Positions 1 through 11,519 of a stretch of DNA of 51,379 nt are shown in pieces; position 1 is the stretch's first letter, and each line of letters opens with the position of its first letter. Below the pieces are notes generated by a model that was given only the letters and a program-made list of their open reading frames with translations, was not told the DNA's origin and did no database searches. The stretch covers positions 1,089,661 through 1,141,039 of the forward strand of contig RDEW01000014.1 of assembly GCA_011109175.1 (NCBI GenBank), read 5' to 3'. Source of the stretch: Dicyema japonicum (lineage: Eukaryota > Animalia > Dicyemida). The translations under genes were made by a program, and so were the position numbers.

Positions 1-412
1 ATAAATATGACTTGCTTGCAAATGAACTTTCGCTGCTCTATGAATGCCAAGTGAAGATTATTCCAATGGTTTTGACATGGGATAGAGTTATCTCAAGATG
101 CTTCAAGAATCATATGAATAAATTATCTATTAAAGAATCAACGAGGACTTACATCCAATCGGTTGTTCTGAAGAGAACGCTCGAAAGTATGCTCATTGAA
201 CATAAGCATGGGATGATGGTATACGATAAAGAGTACGTCACTGCCACCTCCCAACTTGTGGAACTGGCATGCCGTGAGGACAGCCCACTGGACTCTAACT
301 GAGATATTTCGACTGAATCTGATAGGGAGTAACAGGGAGTTTATGGCACACTCTTCTTCTAAGAGAAAAAGAAGGATTACTAACAATCTGGATCAAAATC
401 CGCTTAATTAGT
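1..412 (+). mobile_element. 3' end of an RLE-type (R4/NeSL-like) non-LTR retrotransposon, frameshifted near 300
   Basis: ORF 12..302 has ANEL..KIIPMVLTWD..YIQSVVLKRTLES, the C-terminal restriction-like endonuclease region of this family. The shifted frame ends AHSSSKRKRRITNNLDQNPLN*. Confidence 0.7.
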
Positions 413-529
413 TAATTTACTCATTATAAACAAATATAAAATGTTTATCTCCCAAATGGCTGCATGGTTCCATGTTGCTGACTACCTGATTTAAGATTCA
501 TCTACTTCTCTCTGGTTGCGTCANTATTT

Positions 530-3200
530 TATTTTTATTTAACCCCAAGACCACCAGGAAAGATAGGTCAAAACTAACTAATTATGTGATCCCAGCCTCC
601 AGCAACATCCGAACTCTCTTTATTTGGTCTTCTGATGATCCAACCGCACTCCGGAAGCGTCTTCTCTTCCTTCTGCAAAGGAATTCAATCGGCGTGCATT
701 TTTTTGTTACCTACCGAAATTTCTCTCCATGGGCCACCTTTTCCTTGAGTGGGTTTCCCAGTTCCTTGCAGATACGTAAAAAACCCTGGCCTTTTTTTAA
801 CGTTGCCTCATCAGAAACGAAATCGCCAATGGGGATGTTTGTGTGGTGCATATTTCTCCGGCTGAAGGAGTTCAAATGGTCCACTCTCGAAGGGGGAATC
901 ACAAACTTCCAAGCGGAACAGGCTTATTCAATGGTCGGTACGATTACTTGTTGATAGACCTTGCTGATGCAAGCAGCCAAGGGGAAAGGGCTCTTATTTA
1001 TCATCGCATTCAGAATGTTCCATTTCCGAAGACCCTNCTCTCGAAGGGGGAATCACAAACTTCCATGGTCGGTACGATTACTTGTTGATAGACCTTGCTG
1101 ATGCAAGCAGCCGAGGGGAAAGGGCTCTTCTTTATCATCGCATTCAGAATGTTCCATTTCCGAAGACCCTTGGCGAGCACCTCCTCCACGTGACTCGAGA
1201 ACGTCAACAGAGAGTCGAAAACTACACCAAGGATCTTCTGGGTCCGTGTAGAAGGGATGGGAGTGTTTCCGATGAATATCTCAAGCCCACCTTTAAACCT
1301 TCTGTCCGTAGTGAATAATGTGAACTGAGACTTGGATGCTGATGCACATAACATATTTGCAGATAGCCAGTCACAAATTCGGTTTAGGTGTGTCTGAACA
1401 GTTACTACAGCCATGGGTCGAGATTTATTTCTTGCAGCGATAATTAGGTCGTCCGCATAGGATAAAAATATAGTGTCCTGGTCATTGGTAGTAGATAGGT
1501 CATGTAGAAATAGGTTGAAAAGGAGAGGAGATAAAGGTGAGTCTTGCGGGACTCCATTGGGGAGTAGTCTTGATTTTGAAGTGGTTTTATCAATCCGGGA
1601 GTAGTCTTTGAAACCATATTGAAACTCTGGTAGATGTAGAACAGGAGAGATGCACATTAACATAAGCTTTTCCAGTACTTTTAATAAAACACAAGTTATT
1701 TAGAAGAGGGAACGTCTTTTGGTTTTTTGGGCTTTAGAATTGGCGTAATCAAAGAGTTTTTCCATATATTAGGTAGCGTATGGTAGTTGATAGAGTCTTT
1801 GTACAGTCTTGATAGTATGGCCCGTGCCTGCGGTCCAAGGTGTTTGATGTGAATAGTGCAAATACCGTCGGGACCACAAGCATGAATGGGACGTAGCAAT
1901 TTAATAGCCTTGTCAACATCATCGGGGGTGAAGAAGGTGGAATATTGTTTTTGTTGTGGCCGACGCCGTTCAACAAGTGTAGAACGAGAAAAATTTTTAT
2001 GGCTAATCGATACGTAGTACTTCATAATCTTGTTTGCGAGTGCGAGTTTGCGTGCGGGTTCCGAAGCGTTGCGGGTAACGGCCTCAGTTCCGCGGTCCTC
2101 CTCTTTGATGAGGCTATTGATCCTTCTTAGCGTTTTCCAAAATGTGACGTGAACGTATGGAGTAGGAGTTGTTGGTCTGTGTTCTATTCCTCTTCAGCAC
2201 ATCTCGTTTCTTGATGAGTGACACACTGTGCAATGATATTCTTGGATTGAACTTTTTGTAAAAGGCGACGGGTATAAATAGTTTATCAGCGTTCAAAATG
2301 ATAACAAACAGAATCTTGGCCGTCTCCTCTACTGTACAATTAACCATAGTAAGGTCAAGGAGACTATTGTCCACATACGTCATGAAACCTTGCCAGTCAG
2401 CTTTCAAGTAATTTTTGAACTGTAGATCAACACGGTGAACAAATAGACCTTCCAAGTCTCAACACAATGGGGTTATGGTCGCTTGAGAAACCATAACAAA
2501 CATTCCATGAAATACATCTAGCCATAAAGGGAGAGCAGAGGGACAAGTCCGGGGATGTTGGACTGTCCCTTCTGCGGGACGGGATCCTTGTGTGGGTGTC
2601 CGGATCATTAAGGATAGTCAGATCTTTGAGCAGGGAAAGGATGTATTTGCGACTGTCGGCTGATTGAGTCCGGAGCCAGAGTGGATGTTTCGCGTTTAGG
2701 TATCCGCATGGTAGCAGATCATTTAGTCCACATAGTCTCAATAGGTTGGGGATGTAAGAAGTAGTACATGACCTCTGAGGCGGGATATAGACATTACACA
2801 GTGTGAAACATCTCGTCGAAGAAAAGGGAACTTCAATAGAAATCTGTTCCAGAATAAGATTCCCTTCGCAGAGAGAAGATACAGAAGGGGTGACATCCGT
2901 GAATTTTAGTTCATTCTTAACGATAGTCAATACTTTTCCTCCGAGACATTTTGTTCGGTCCCTGCAAAGTACACAATATCCGGGAAAACAAGGTGTTGGG
3001 GACTTTATAGAGAGCTTCGATTCTTGGATGAAGGCAATGTCCACTTTCAAATGGGGAAGAGGGATCGTATTTCAAATACTTTATTGCGGATTCCATTTAC
3101 ATTTAGTTTTAGAATACTCAACGTGCAGTTGGGTCCCGGATTAGGTTCTACATCACCAGACAGAAGTAGTAGAGAGAAAATACGAGGGAGGGAACATCGA
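530..3200 (-). mobile_element. Near full-length decayed APE-type LINE (2A-APE-RT, single ORF, multiple frameshifts and stops)
   Basis: APE motifs (IAFIQESK, GYLNAKHPLW, SDHNPI at 2427..3050) and RT motifs (GPDGI 1696..2025; GVPQDSPLSPLLFNLF, LSYADD 1010..1663). 3' tail CTGGGATCAC..GGGGTTAAATAAAA at 530-595. Confidence 0.9.
3131..3157 (-). other. 2A-like ribosome-skipping motif GDVEPNPGP at the LINE N-terminus
   Basis: LLLLSGDVEPNPGP, in frame and immediately upstream of the APE start (ILKLNVNGI). Matches D[V/I]ExNPGP. Confidence 0.85.
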
Positions 3201-3340
3201 ACGGTTCTCTTCCATGCAGAACTTGCACTGAGCGCCACCACAACAACAGGTGAACCGCATGACGCCACGTCTTCTAAGAGAAGAGAAATTACCAACAATC
3301 TCATTAAAATATGATTAATTGGTTAATTTACTCGTTAATT
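3200..3340 (+). mobile_element. Short 3' fragment of the RLE-LINE family seen at 1..412
   Basis: Clear nucleotide similarity to 341..430 (TCTTCTAAGAGAA..ATTAC.AACAATCT..TTAATT.GTTAATTTACTC). Both encode SSKR..ITNNL* on +. Confidence 0.5.
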
Positions 3341-3496
3341 TACTTATACTTTTTTAAATAATAAATGTTAAACATACTGCCGATAAAATTTTCATGCACT
3401 GCTAACAACCATCTCCGTTCGAAAGGCCCTTGAGTCTCCACACAATTGCATTCCCGATTTCATTGATGACTCCTTTTTATTAATTATCTTAATGAC

Positions 3497-4130
3497 TCAG
3501 TTTTCTCTGTTTGCCAGAGTCGGGTTTCGGTCAACCATTTCTCCACATAATAGATGTGAGGTAGGAAAAGTCGAGCCTGAGGCACAAATCAATAACGATA
3601 TGAAGACTCTCAGTTCCAACAAAGTTATGATGCTCAGGAGTGGGTAAGCGTTGAAGCGACATTTCCTGTCCTCAATGAAAGAGGTCAGTTGACAAACAGA
3701 GTGGTAATAAATGAGGCTCTTTTTTAGCTTCATGAGGGAAGACCTTCAGGAAACCTCATCCCAAAATTGANTGAGGTAGGAAAAGTCGAGCCTGAGGCAC
3801 AAGTCAATAACGATATGAAGACTCTCAGTTCCAACAAAGTTATGATGCTCAGGAGTGGGTAAGCGTTGAACCGACATTTCTTGTCCTCAATGAAAGAGGT
3901 CAGTTGACAAACAGAGTGGTCATAAATGAGGCCCTTTTTTAGCTTCATGGGGGAAGACCTTCAGGAAACCTCATCCCAAAATTGATAATACAGTTTATTA
4001 TAGGAAATGAAAAGCCAAGAGGCCAGAATTCGGATATAGCCTCGTCAAACAGAGGTCTTGACAAGTCGCATGAGATCTCTGCCCTGAAACGGTACCACAA
4101 GAAGACAAAAAAGCAAGAAGTGTAGCATTT
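3497..4130. repeat. Unidentified segment with a ~215-nt tandem duplication across the n at 3771
   Basis: 3556-3770 is nearly identical to 3772-3985. No family motif recognised. Confidence 0.6.
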
Positions 4131-4144
4131 ATCGACGACTGAAT

Positions 4145-5472
4145 GATGTCCAGACATTGGCCTACATGAAATTTAGCACAAATAACTAATAAATATGTCA
4201 TACTTTTTATTAGCACATTGTTTTAAAATTCAAGATGAAAACATCAAATAAAATGAGTTAAAAAGTTACATCAATACTCATTGTTCTATAGGTAAAACAG
4301 TTAAGATTTACTTAAAGGTTATGAGAAAGCCCACTCAAAAATTCTACTGGAGTGTATTCATCATATTTTTCAATAATACTGTTTATCCTTTGTTCACATC
4401 CTGGTACTTCTTTACTTGTCTTATTGTTATTCCGGCCATCACTTGTTCTACTGTGAGCTCCCACTCCGACTGTTCTTTTCGTATTTTTGCAACAAACCGA
4501 CAAACGGTTGATGTTTTATAGACACTTTTTGTGAAAAAGATCTGTGCCATCCTTCAAGTGAATTCGTAGTTCTCGGGAGGCCTTCTGCCTGTCTGTCGTG
4601 TACATTCCACATTTCCAAACTAAACAATGGTCTTCTCCTTCCACGTTGCAAGGCTCCTATCCATGTTGTATCAAAATAGGTCAGAAAATCTCCCAACACG
4701 GCATCAATCTCGTCATCTATAGTTTCAAGGACCGCTCGGAAACTCTCAATGACTTGAGGAACAGGAACAAATGTCAGTGCTTGAATACTTTAAGTTTGCA
4801 TTTGCTGGGTTATTATACCAAGCCTGCAGTCCTAGATTTTGTATTTTTCGCCATAAACACTGCCCAACGTGAAAGTAGCAGCTATACACATTTGCATTTA
4901 GAAAAATTTAATTTCATCAGTTAGAACATTACCGTCTTGTATTTGATCTGTACACTGTCGTCGAAAAGTACGTGCAAGGGTTTCTTTTTTGGGTAGCGCN
5001 ACCGTCCTGTATTTGATCTGTACACTGTCGTCGAACAGTACGTGCAAGGGTTTCTTTTTTGGGTAGCGCACAAGCAGCATTAATAGGGTATGTGCTTAAA
5101 CAATTTTGGATAACTGTGGATGTAGTTTCTTCCGAATCTCTCGCTCTCTTCTTTATCGTATTGACGGTTTTCAGCGCATGTAAACGTCCTGCATTTGGTG
5201 GATGTTCTTGTGGTGTCATAGTTCCATTAAGTTCTTCGTTAACAGTTCTTACTCTGCCTTTGCATTTTCCTTTCAGCTCACATCTCCAATATATGACATT
5301 GTCTCTCTGTCCACAATGTACGCATAGCCATCATGCACAAGTTTTCTCTTTCCACGAGTGGTTTGTGAAAATTCCATTTTTTTACCGTTATTAAAATATA
5401 TAGTGTATTTCTTGATCATTTATGCTTAATTGAATTGTCGGCTAAACGTCTGTCGGCCAATGTCCTAGTACC
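4145..5472 (-). mobile_element. MULE/Mutator DNA transposon remnant (FLYWCH + partial MULE transposase), probably internally deleted
   Basis: MEFSQTTRGKRKLVHDGY..YWRC (FLYWCH; ATG at 5377, frameshifted) and YFDTTWIG..WNV..RTTNSLEGWH. Degenerate TIR cores GACATTGGCC at 4153-4162 and GGCCAATGTC at 5455-5464. Confidence 0.8.
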
Positions 5473-6426
5473 GACTGAAGACCGCCAATAACAATTATAA
5501 GTTTACATTGAGACAAATCCAGGCCGTATAATCTGATGTTTAGAATATCTTTGGTCAAAGTCTTTAGTGTTGAATTGGATGCATGACTGGAAGCAAAAGA
5601 ACATATGACGTGAACTTCGACATATGGAAAAAGTTCTTTATGAGAAAAAAAACAACACGTGCATCAATCGGGTTCAATCTTTGGGAGCAATATAAAGAGA
5701 GCATCCCTTAGTTTAACATCACTGAAATGAGGATCAAGAAAAGTGAGATCCAACATATGAGTCACCTTAGCGTCACCAAATTTTTCAGATACCCGTCTGA
5801 AAGCAAACGACCTTCTCTCTGAACAGAAGAATACTTTCCGGCCCTTACTCGCTGAATGCGAAATTGCATATCTTTGAAGAATGACTTGCACATGTCTCCA
5901 GGAACAATTGTATATTATTGAACGGGTTTGAGATGTCCGTTTGACAGTGACCGTTAATTAAGCGATGCCATCAAATGTGAAAGAAAAACATTATGGCTAT
6001 TTATAACACCGACACCCATTTGAAGCAGGATATCTCCAATTAGGAGCGGATAAGTAGCAATTTTCGAAATCGAATACTACCATCGAGACTTCAGAAGGCG
6101 TACAAGTTTGCACTAAAAATATTATTGAAAAAAAAGGTAAAATCCAATTAACCATCCAATCAATAAGGGAAAAGATATTAATGAATATTCCTTTACACAG
6201 TTTCAACCAAAGTCATTAATGTAGACCATCAACTCCATTACTGTCAATAGTAAAGTTACATAAAAATTTATTTACGTGGACAGCGTTTAATCCATAAATC
6301 CTGGAGATTCCTAGGAATTCATGTTTTATTTATTTCCTAAAATAGACATCAATGAACCCAAAAGGATAACAAGGATTTGAATAAATTAGATTTTTATTCC
6401 AACAAACCGATAACAGAAAATGAAAA

Positions 6427-9318
6427 TTAACTAAAACATTTTTCAAGAGAAGAAAAATGTTGACTCCTTTTTAGTTTTAATTCTTCAATCTCCTCAGCAC
6501 ACTGAGCCACCGTTCTTTCGATTCCAGTTGATTTATCAGCAAAGAATGCCTTAAAGTCATTAAGGAGGTCGTCAGTAGCCATATAATATGTGACACACTA
6601 ATAAATGCAGACTAACAAATACCTTAACAGAGAAGCCTAAAGTAGACACTTGAACATAATTAGAGAGAAATGAGTAATTTTTCTTATAAAATTCCCAAAA
6701 CTCAGACAAATTTTCCCTCCTCGATTTGAGTCCCTTTACCAAATAATTAATGTCTTGAGAACGAAACTTGTCCTATATAATTACAAAAGGTTACAGTCTT
6801 CATAAGCTCAAATATCCGTTCTATTCCGCCACATAACTGAATCCACCCCATTGATTGTATTAAATTAGATTTTGTTTCCGACCTCTCAACACGGTCTAGG
6901 AACTCAACCAGTCTATTAAAGTCATTATCAGATGCATTCCGCATTGCCGACTGGTAAACCTATTGCATTATAACAATACAACAACAGCAAGGGAAATGTT
7001 AGGGTCAACAATAGACTCACCGTTAGTAGTAATATCTAAGAATAGGTTATAACATTGAGAGTAAAAGTGATCATCCCCATACATTACCATTAACCCAAAT
7101 ATTTTAGCCCTAAGAAGACCCATTTGAGGATCTAAGTAATATTAATATAAAAAACCCTCATTCTGTTTTGCCCTCCACCCAACATGCTGATAAACTCCAG
7201 ACATGAGAAGATTCCTCACATATTGAATGAATTTGTCATTGAGAGGAGTTCCAGACAAAATTCTGTCTATTTCACAAATCCCATTAGCCAAAACTCCCCA
7301 AATATTGACATGGTAGATATTCTTGAACTTTTCAATAAGTTTGAAGACCATATCAAAGGTAATGTACCCAGAAAAGGCCTAAAATCAACTAAACCAGAAA
7401 ACCAAAGCGAATGTATCGTCCAATAGTGAAATCTTATCATTTTCAGACAAATACTGACAGCCTTCCAATAGCCTGGTGAAGAGAGCTTGGGAGTACTGCA
7501 CTCTAAAGAATCCATGAACGCCCGCATTGACCTGGATGTAAACAAAACACTAACTTTAATCCAACATGAGTCTGCAAGGTAATCAATATTAAAATCATCA
7601 CGTGCTTTATCAAGGACAACATATTTGATATTATCAGAAGCATGTTGAGAACAATATCCGATTGGAATCTTCCACAAAGTACCATCCTCCTCGTTTAGTC
7701 TGGAGGCTGTCTTAAAGGCCTCCTGTTGGAGAGTCAAAACCATATTTCCATTAACACAGGTACAATCAACCTACCATTATAACACAACAACCTTCACAAC
7801 AGGGTACCCACATTGAAGAGTGAAGGTATTCATTATACCAGCCACATCAAAACGAGGATCACTAAAGGAATCCCACAAATTCTTGGTGACTGTGTTGGAA
7901 TATGAAAATTCTGTTAAATATTTCTTTAGGGATTTCTTGAATTGCTAAAATAGTTATGGGACATTACATTCTCCCCAATAAAGTAGAACAGCATGGCTAT
8001 TACTGAGGATCCCTTAGCATATGAGATATCATCAAAAATTTCATCAATCATGGCTGGGTCGTCAATGAATACCTACAATGCATCATACTCAGGTACCTCT
8101 ACAGGATGAGTGTTCTTAAGTGAGTCACTTACCAGGGAAGTCATAAACTCCATTGTTAAAAACTGTGTTTCGAATTTATATTGAGGAAAGCATTGGGATG
8201 AACAGTAATACTCCATAAACGTGGCAAAACCTTCATTAAGCCACAAATCAGTCCACCAACCCTGTCATTATAGACTACAAAAACCATTGTGACCAGATTA
8301 CCAAACCACATATGAGCCAGTTCATGGGCAACTACAAGTGTTACTAATGATTTTGTCCTGACAGAACTCTGATCCTCATTAACCAACAATGTGGTCTCCC
8401 TAAAGGTGACTAACCCCCAGTTCTCCATAGCTCCTGAGGAAAAGTCAGGAATTGATACTAAATCCAACTTTGGCAGAGGATATTTAATGCCAAAAAATTC
8501 CTCATAAAATGAAAGGGACTTTGTGGCAACATTAAGGGCAAACTTCCCCTCATCAGACCTCCCAACAGGAGTATACACTCTTATCCTTACTTTATTTTCA
8601 CTAGTCCCCTCCACATAGTCGTAATGTCCTATAGTGAATGCTAGTAAATATGTGGACATGATCGGAGTAATCCCAAACTTATAGAGAACTCTTCCGTCAG
8701 TTTGACTATCTGAAGATTCGATTTCCTACAAATGACCAAAGAATAATACCATATTGGAGAGAACAATCCTGTCTTCAGGGGACACTACAGATAACTCGAA
8801 TTGTGCTTTCATATCGGGTTCATCAAAACATGGGAAGGCACGACGAGCATCGATTGGCTCAAGTAACACAAACAACCACCTCAAACTGTGTGGATACACC
8901 AAAACAGTTTTCTCCATTTAATTTGTATTTTATTTTGTAGAGACCAGCCATTTTTTCTGAAATAGGTCCATTAAAAGTAATGAAAATGTTGGCTTGTCCT
9001 TTGTTCTAAAATAATAATAATAAGGCAAACAAGGTTATTTTGTAGAATTAGGTCGACAGTCTGGGCAGACTCATCAAATTTCCAGGAGGCATCAAACTGT
9101 TTACCATCTCACAGTAATTTAATAATCAAACTTTGTGTAATATAAGCACAGGTTATATCAATGTCTACAACGTTCATTCTAACCATTTTTGATGGTTGGG
9201 AGACATTTGACACAATTTCCAAGTTTCCTTTGAATTTGAATGTTTCTAGATTAGGGTCGATGTGGAGTTTGTATATGGATGGTAGAATTGTTCTTGGGAG
9301 TCTTGCAAATGAAGACAT
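6427..9318 (-). CDS. NPEPPS: M1-family aminopeptidase, puromycin-sensitive aminopeptidase-like; 15 exons, 14 introns of 21-25 nt
   Basis: TQFE|PIDARRAFPCFDEP, GAMENWG, HELAH..W, WLNEG and YAKGS motifs. Introns at 9108-9131, 9006-9030, 8858-8879, 8726-8749, 8262-8284, 8073-8096, 7945-7967, 7771-7791, 7532-7554, 7379-7402, 7132-7155, 6960-6982 (or -6985), 6773-6794 and 6598-6622 give one continuous ORF to TAA at 6427. Family is secure; exact orthology less so. Confidence 0.9.
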
Positions 9319-9479
9319 TTTTGAACAATAAGTACTAGGGATCGATAATAACGTGGAATATACATATTATTTTATTTAAGGTAAACCATTTATTAAACAA
9401 TAACTAAATCAACTAAATTATCATAATTAATTAGAATTTTAATCCAATTTGGTGGTCTCGCCTATGAAAGGAGACTGGG

Positions 9480-10110
9480 GATTGATATAGTGTCTGACTG
9501 CATATGCTGCATGATTTTCGGCCTGAGAGAGTTTATACGCTCCACCCTCGAAAACGGAAGAGCGAATCTCCAGGCAGAACAGGCATATTCAAGTGTCGAC
9601 AAATAACCTAAATATATAGTTTGCTAATACAAGCTGTAGGTGGAAAGGGGTCCTTCTCTATGATAGCCTTTAGGACGTTCCAATTTGAAGCCCTTTGATT
9701 AATACTTTTTCCGTGTGACTGAAGAACGTTATCAGAGAGTCGAATGTTACTCCAAGGATCATATGGATTCGCGTATAAGGAATAGGAATGTTTCCGAAAA
9801 GTATCTCGAGTCCACCTTTAAATCTCCTGTCCGTAGTAAATAGGGTGAACTGAGACTTGGATGCAGATAAAGACAGCAAATTCACGAATAGCCAGTCACA
9901 CGCCTGGTTAAGGTGTGACTGAACCACCGACACAGCCCTGGAAGGAGATTTTTCCCTTGTAGCGATAATCAAGTCGTCCTCGTAAGATAAAAATATAGTG
10001 TCCTGATATTGATAGTAAGTAAATCGTGTAGAAATAAGTTAAACAGAAGATAAAGGGGAACCTTATGGGAGTAATCTTGATTTTGAAGTATTTTTACCAA
10101 TCCAGACTTT
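9480..10110 (-). mobile_element. Decayed APE-LINE RT fragment, same family as 530..3200
   Basis: ORF 9670..9972 (ASKSQFTLFTTDRRFKGGLEI..ILGVTFDS) is closely similar to ORF 1010..1663. Confidence 0.85.
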
Positions 10111-10149
10111 ACCACGTCGGCTAGTTTAGAAGTTTTCCAGCCATAACAT

Positions 10150-10560
10150 GATGTTCTGATGTAAATTTGAATTAATTCATCAGCAAAATTATGACTCACA
10201 TCGTCATATTGTTTCAGTGGCACTGCAAACTGTCATATAGTGAAGTCTCTTACCACCTTACGAATGACGTCTCTTTTAATGAAGCAGAATCTTTTTCAAC
10301 ACAATTCTTCCAAAGCATTGTATCCACAATGGTTAGAGTGGATCTCTTAGGAAATTATCCACATCTCATCTGTGTTGGTTGAGGAGACTACGAACTTGTG
10401 ATTAGATAACGAATCTTCAAGATAGAGCATTTCCTCTATCAAAAGCAAGTTTCAGCCTTTTTTTAAGTTTATACTTCCGAGTTGCTGATGCATTCAGGTC
10501 TTGTCCTTCGAGGATGCATTTTATAATGTTGTACTCTTTAGTATTTTTATGGTAACTTTG
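10150..10560 (-). mobile_element. Degenerate retroviral-type integrase N-terminus (HHCC zinc finger)
   Basis: Minus-strand translation with stops, IHSNHCGYNALEELC..FIKRDVIRKVVRD..QFAVPLK, parallels 32935..33588. Confidence 0.55.
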
Positions 10561-10759
10561 TTAGGCATCAGGACAACGTGGTTACTTTTTTGATTTTATT
10601 GTCAAAAATTATGGTATGCCAACAAAAATTGGTGTAAATCTTTTATAAAATACTTTTACAATAATAATTATTACATAGGATTAATCTCTATTAGTAAAAA
10701 TAAGTATTTTATATAAAAATGCACAAAATTATTCATAAACCTAATTATTGGTTAATTCG

Positions 10760-11095
10760 TTTTTGTGATATCACTCTCAGCGACACATTAATACAAGCTT
10801 CTCCAACACTTCTGACAAGGCGCAGCATCGGGCCAAGATGAAATCCCTGCTAGTGCGTGCTGGGATCACGTGATTAGTTAGTTTGTGTAACTGTGGTCTC
10901 GGTGTTATTATTATGGAGAATTGGTGTAATTAGTGAATTCTTCCATATATTTGGTATTGTATGGAAGTTGATAGAGTAGTTGTATAGACTCGATAAATTA
11001 ATATGTCCCTGGGGTAGGTTTAATACCACAGACACCGTCGAGGCCACAGGCACGGGTGGAGCGTAGCAATCTAATAGTCTTGTCCACATCATAGG
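10760..11095. mobile_element. Plus-strand LINE 3' tail (10760-10915) abutting a minus-strand LINE fragment
   Basis: CTGGGATCAC..TTAGTTAG..GGTGTTATTATTAT tail on +. IPNIWKNSLITPI on - (10874..11092). Confidence 0.6.
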
Positions 11096-11519
11096 GTGTG
11101 AAGAAGGCAGTATGTGACGTATGTTGTGGACCAGTCATTTGACATTCAGAAAGATAGAAATTATTGTGTCAAGACATAATGTGACATGCTGGACAGGTTA
11201 TTTGTAATCTTATAGCTGTCATATTTAGTCTTATTTCGATAAAGAATATTTAATCGAAAAGAGAACGACAATGACTATGGAGCTCAGATGAGTCAACCAA
11301 ATTGGATGCCAAAGTTCCCTCCTTCTGGAAAATTTACAAGAGAATAACCGTTCACAATAATGATGAAAGGAAGATTGAACAACCCAGATGGGGGTTCGCA
11401 TTATGGAAGAAACCTCGACTATCTTCAAAGCAAACTAGACAAAATCCAGGGAATCAATCTATTGTTATTAATCCCATGTGAACAGATGGATGAGTAACTA
11501 GAACTCTGCAATTACTCAT

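Noticed and set aside
3215-3304. Signal-peptide-like leader MRLLVISLLL.. upstream of the 2A, and an LTR-like repeat pair 341-430 / 3270-3370
   Set aside because: Better explained as the antisense of an RLE-LINE C-terminus and 3' UTR present twice on +.
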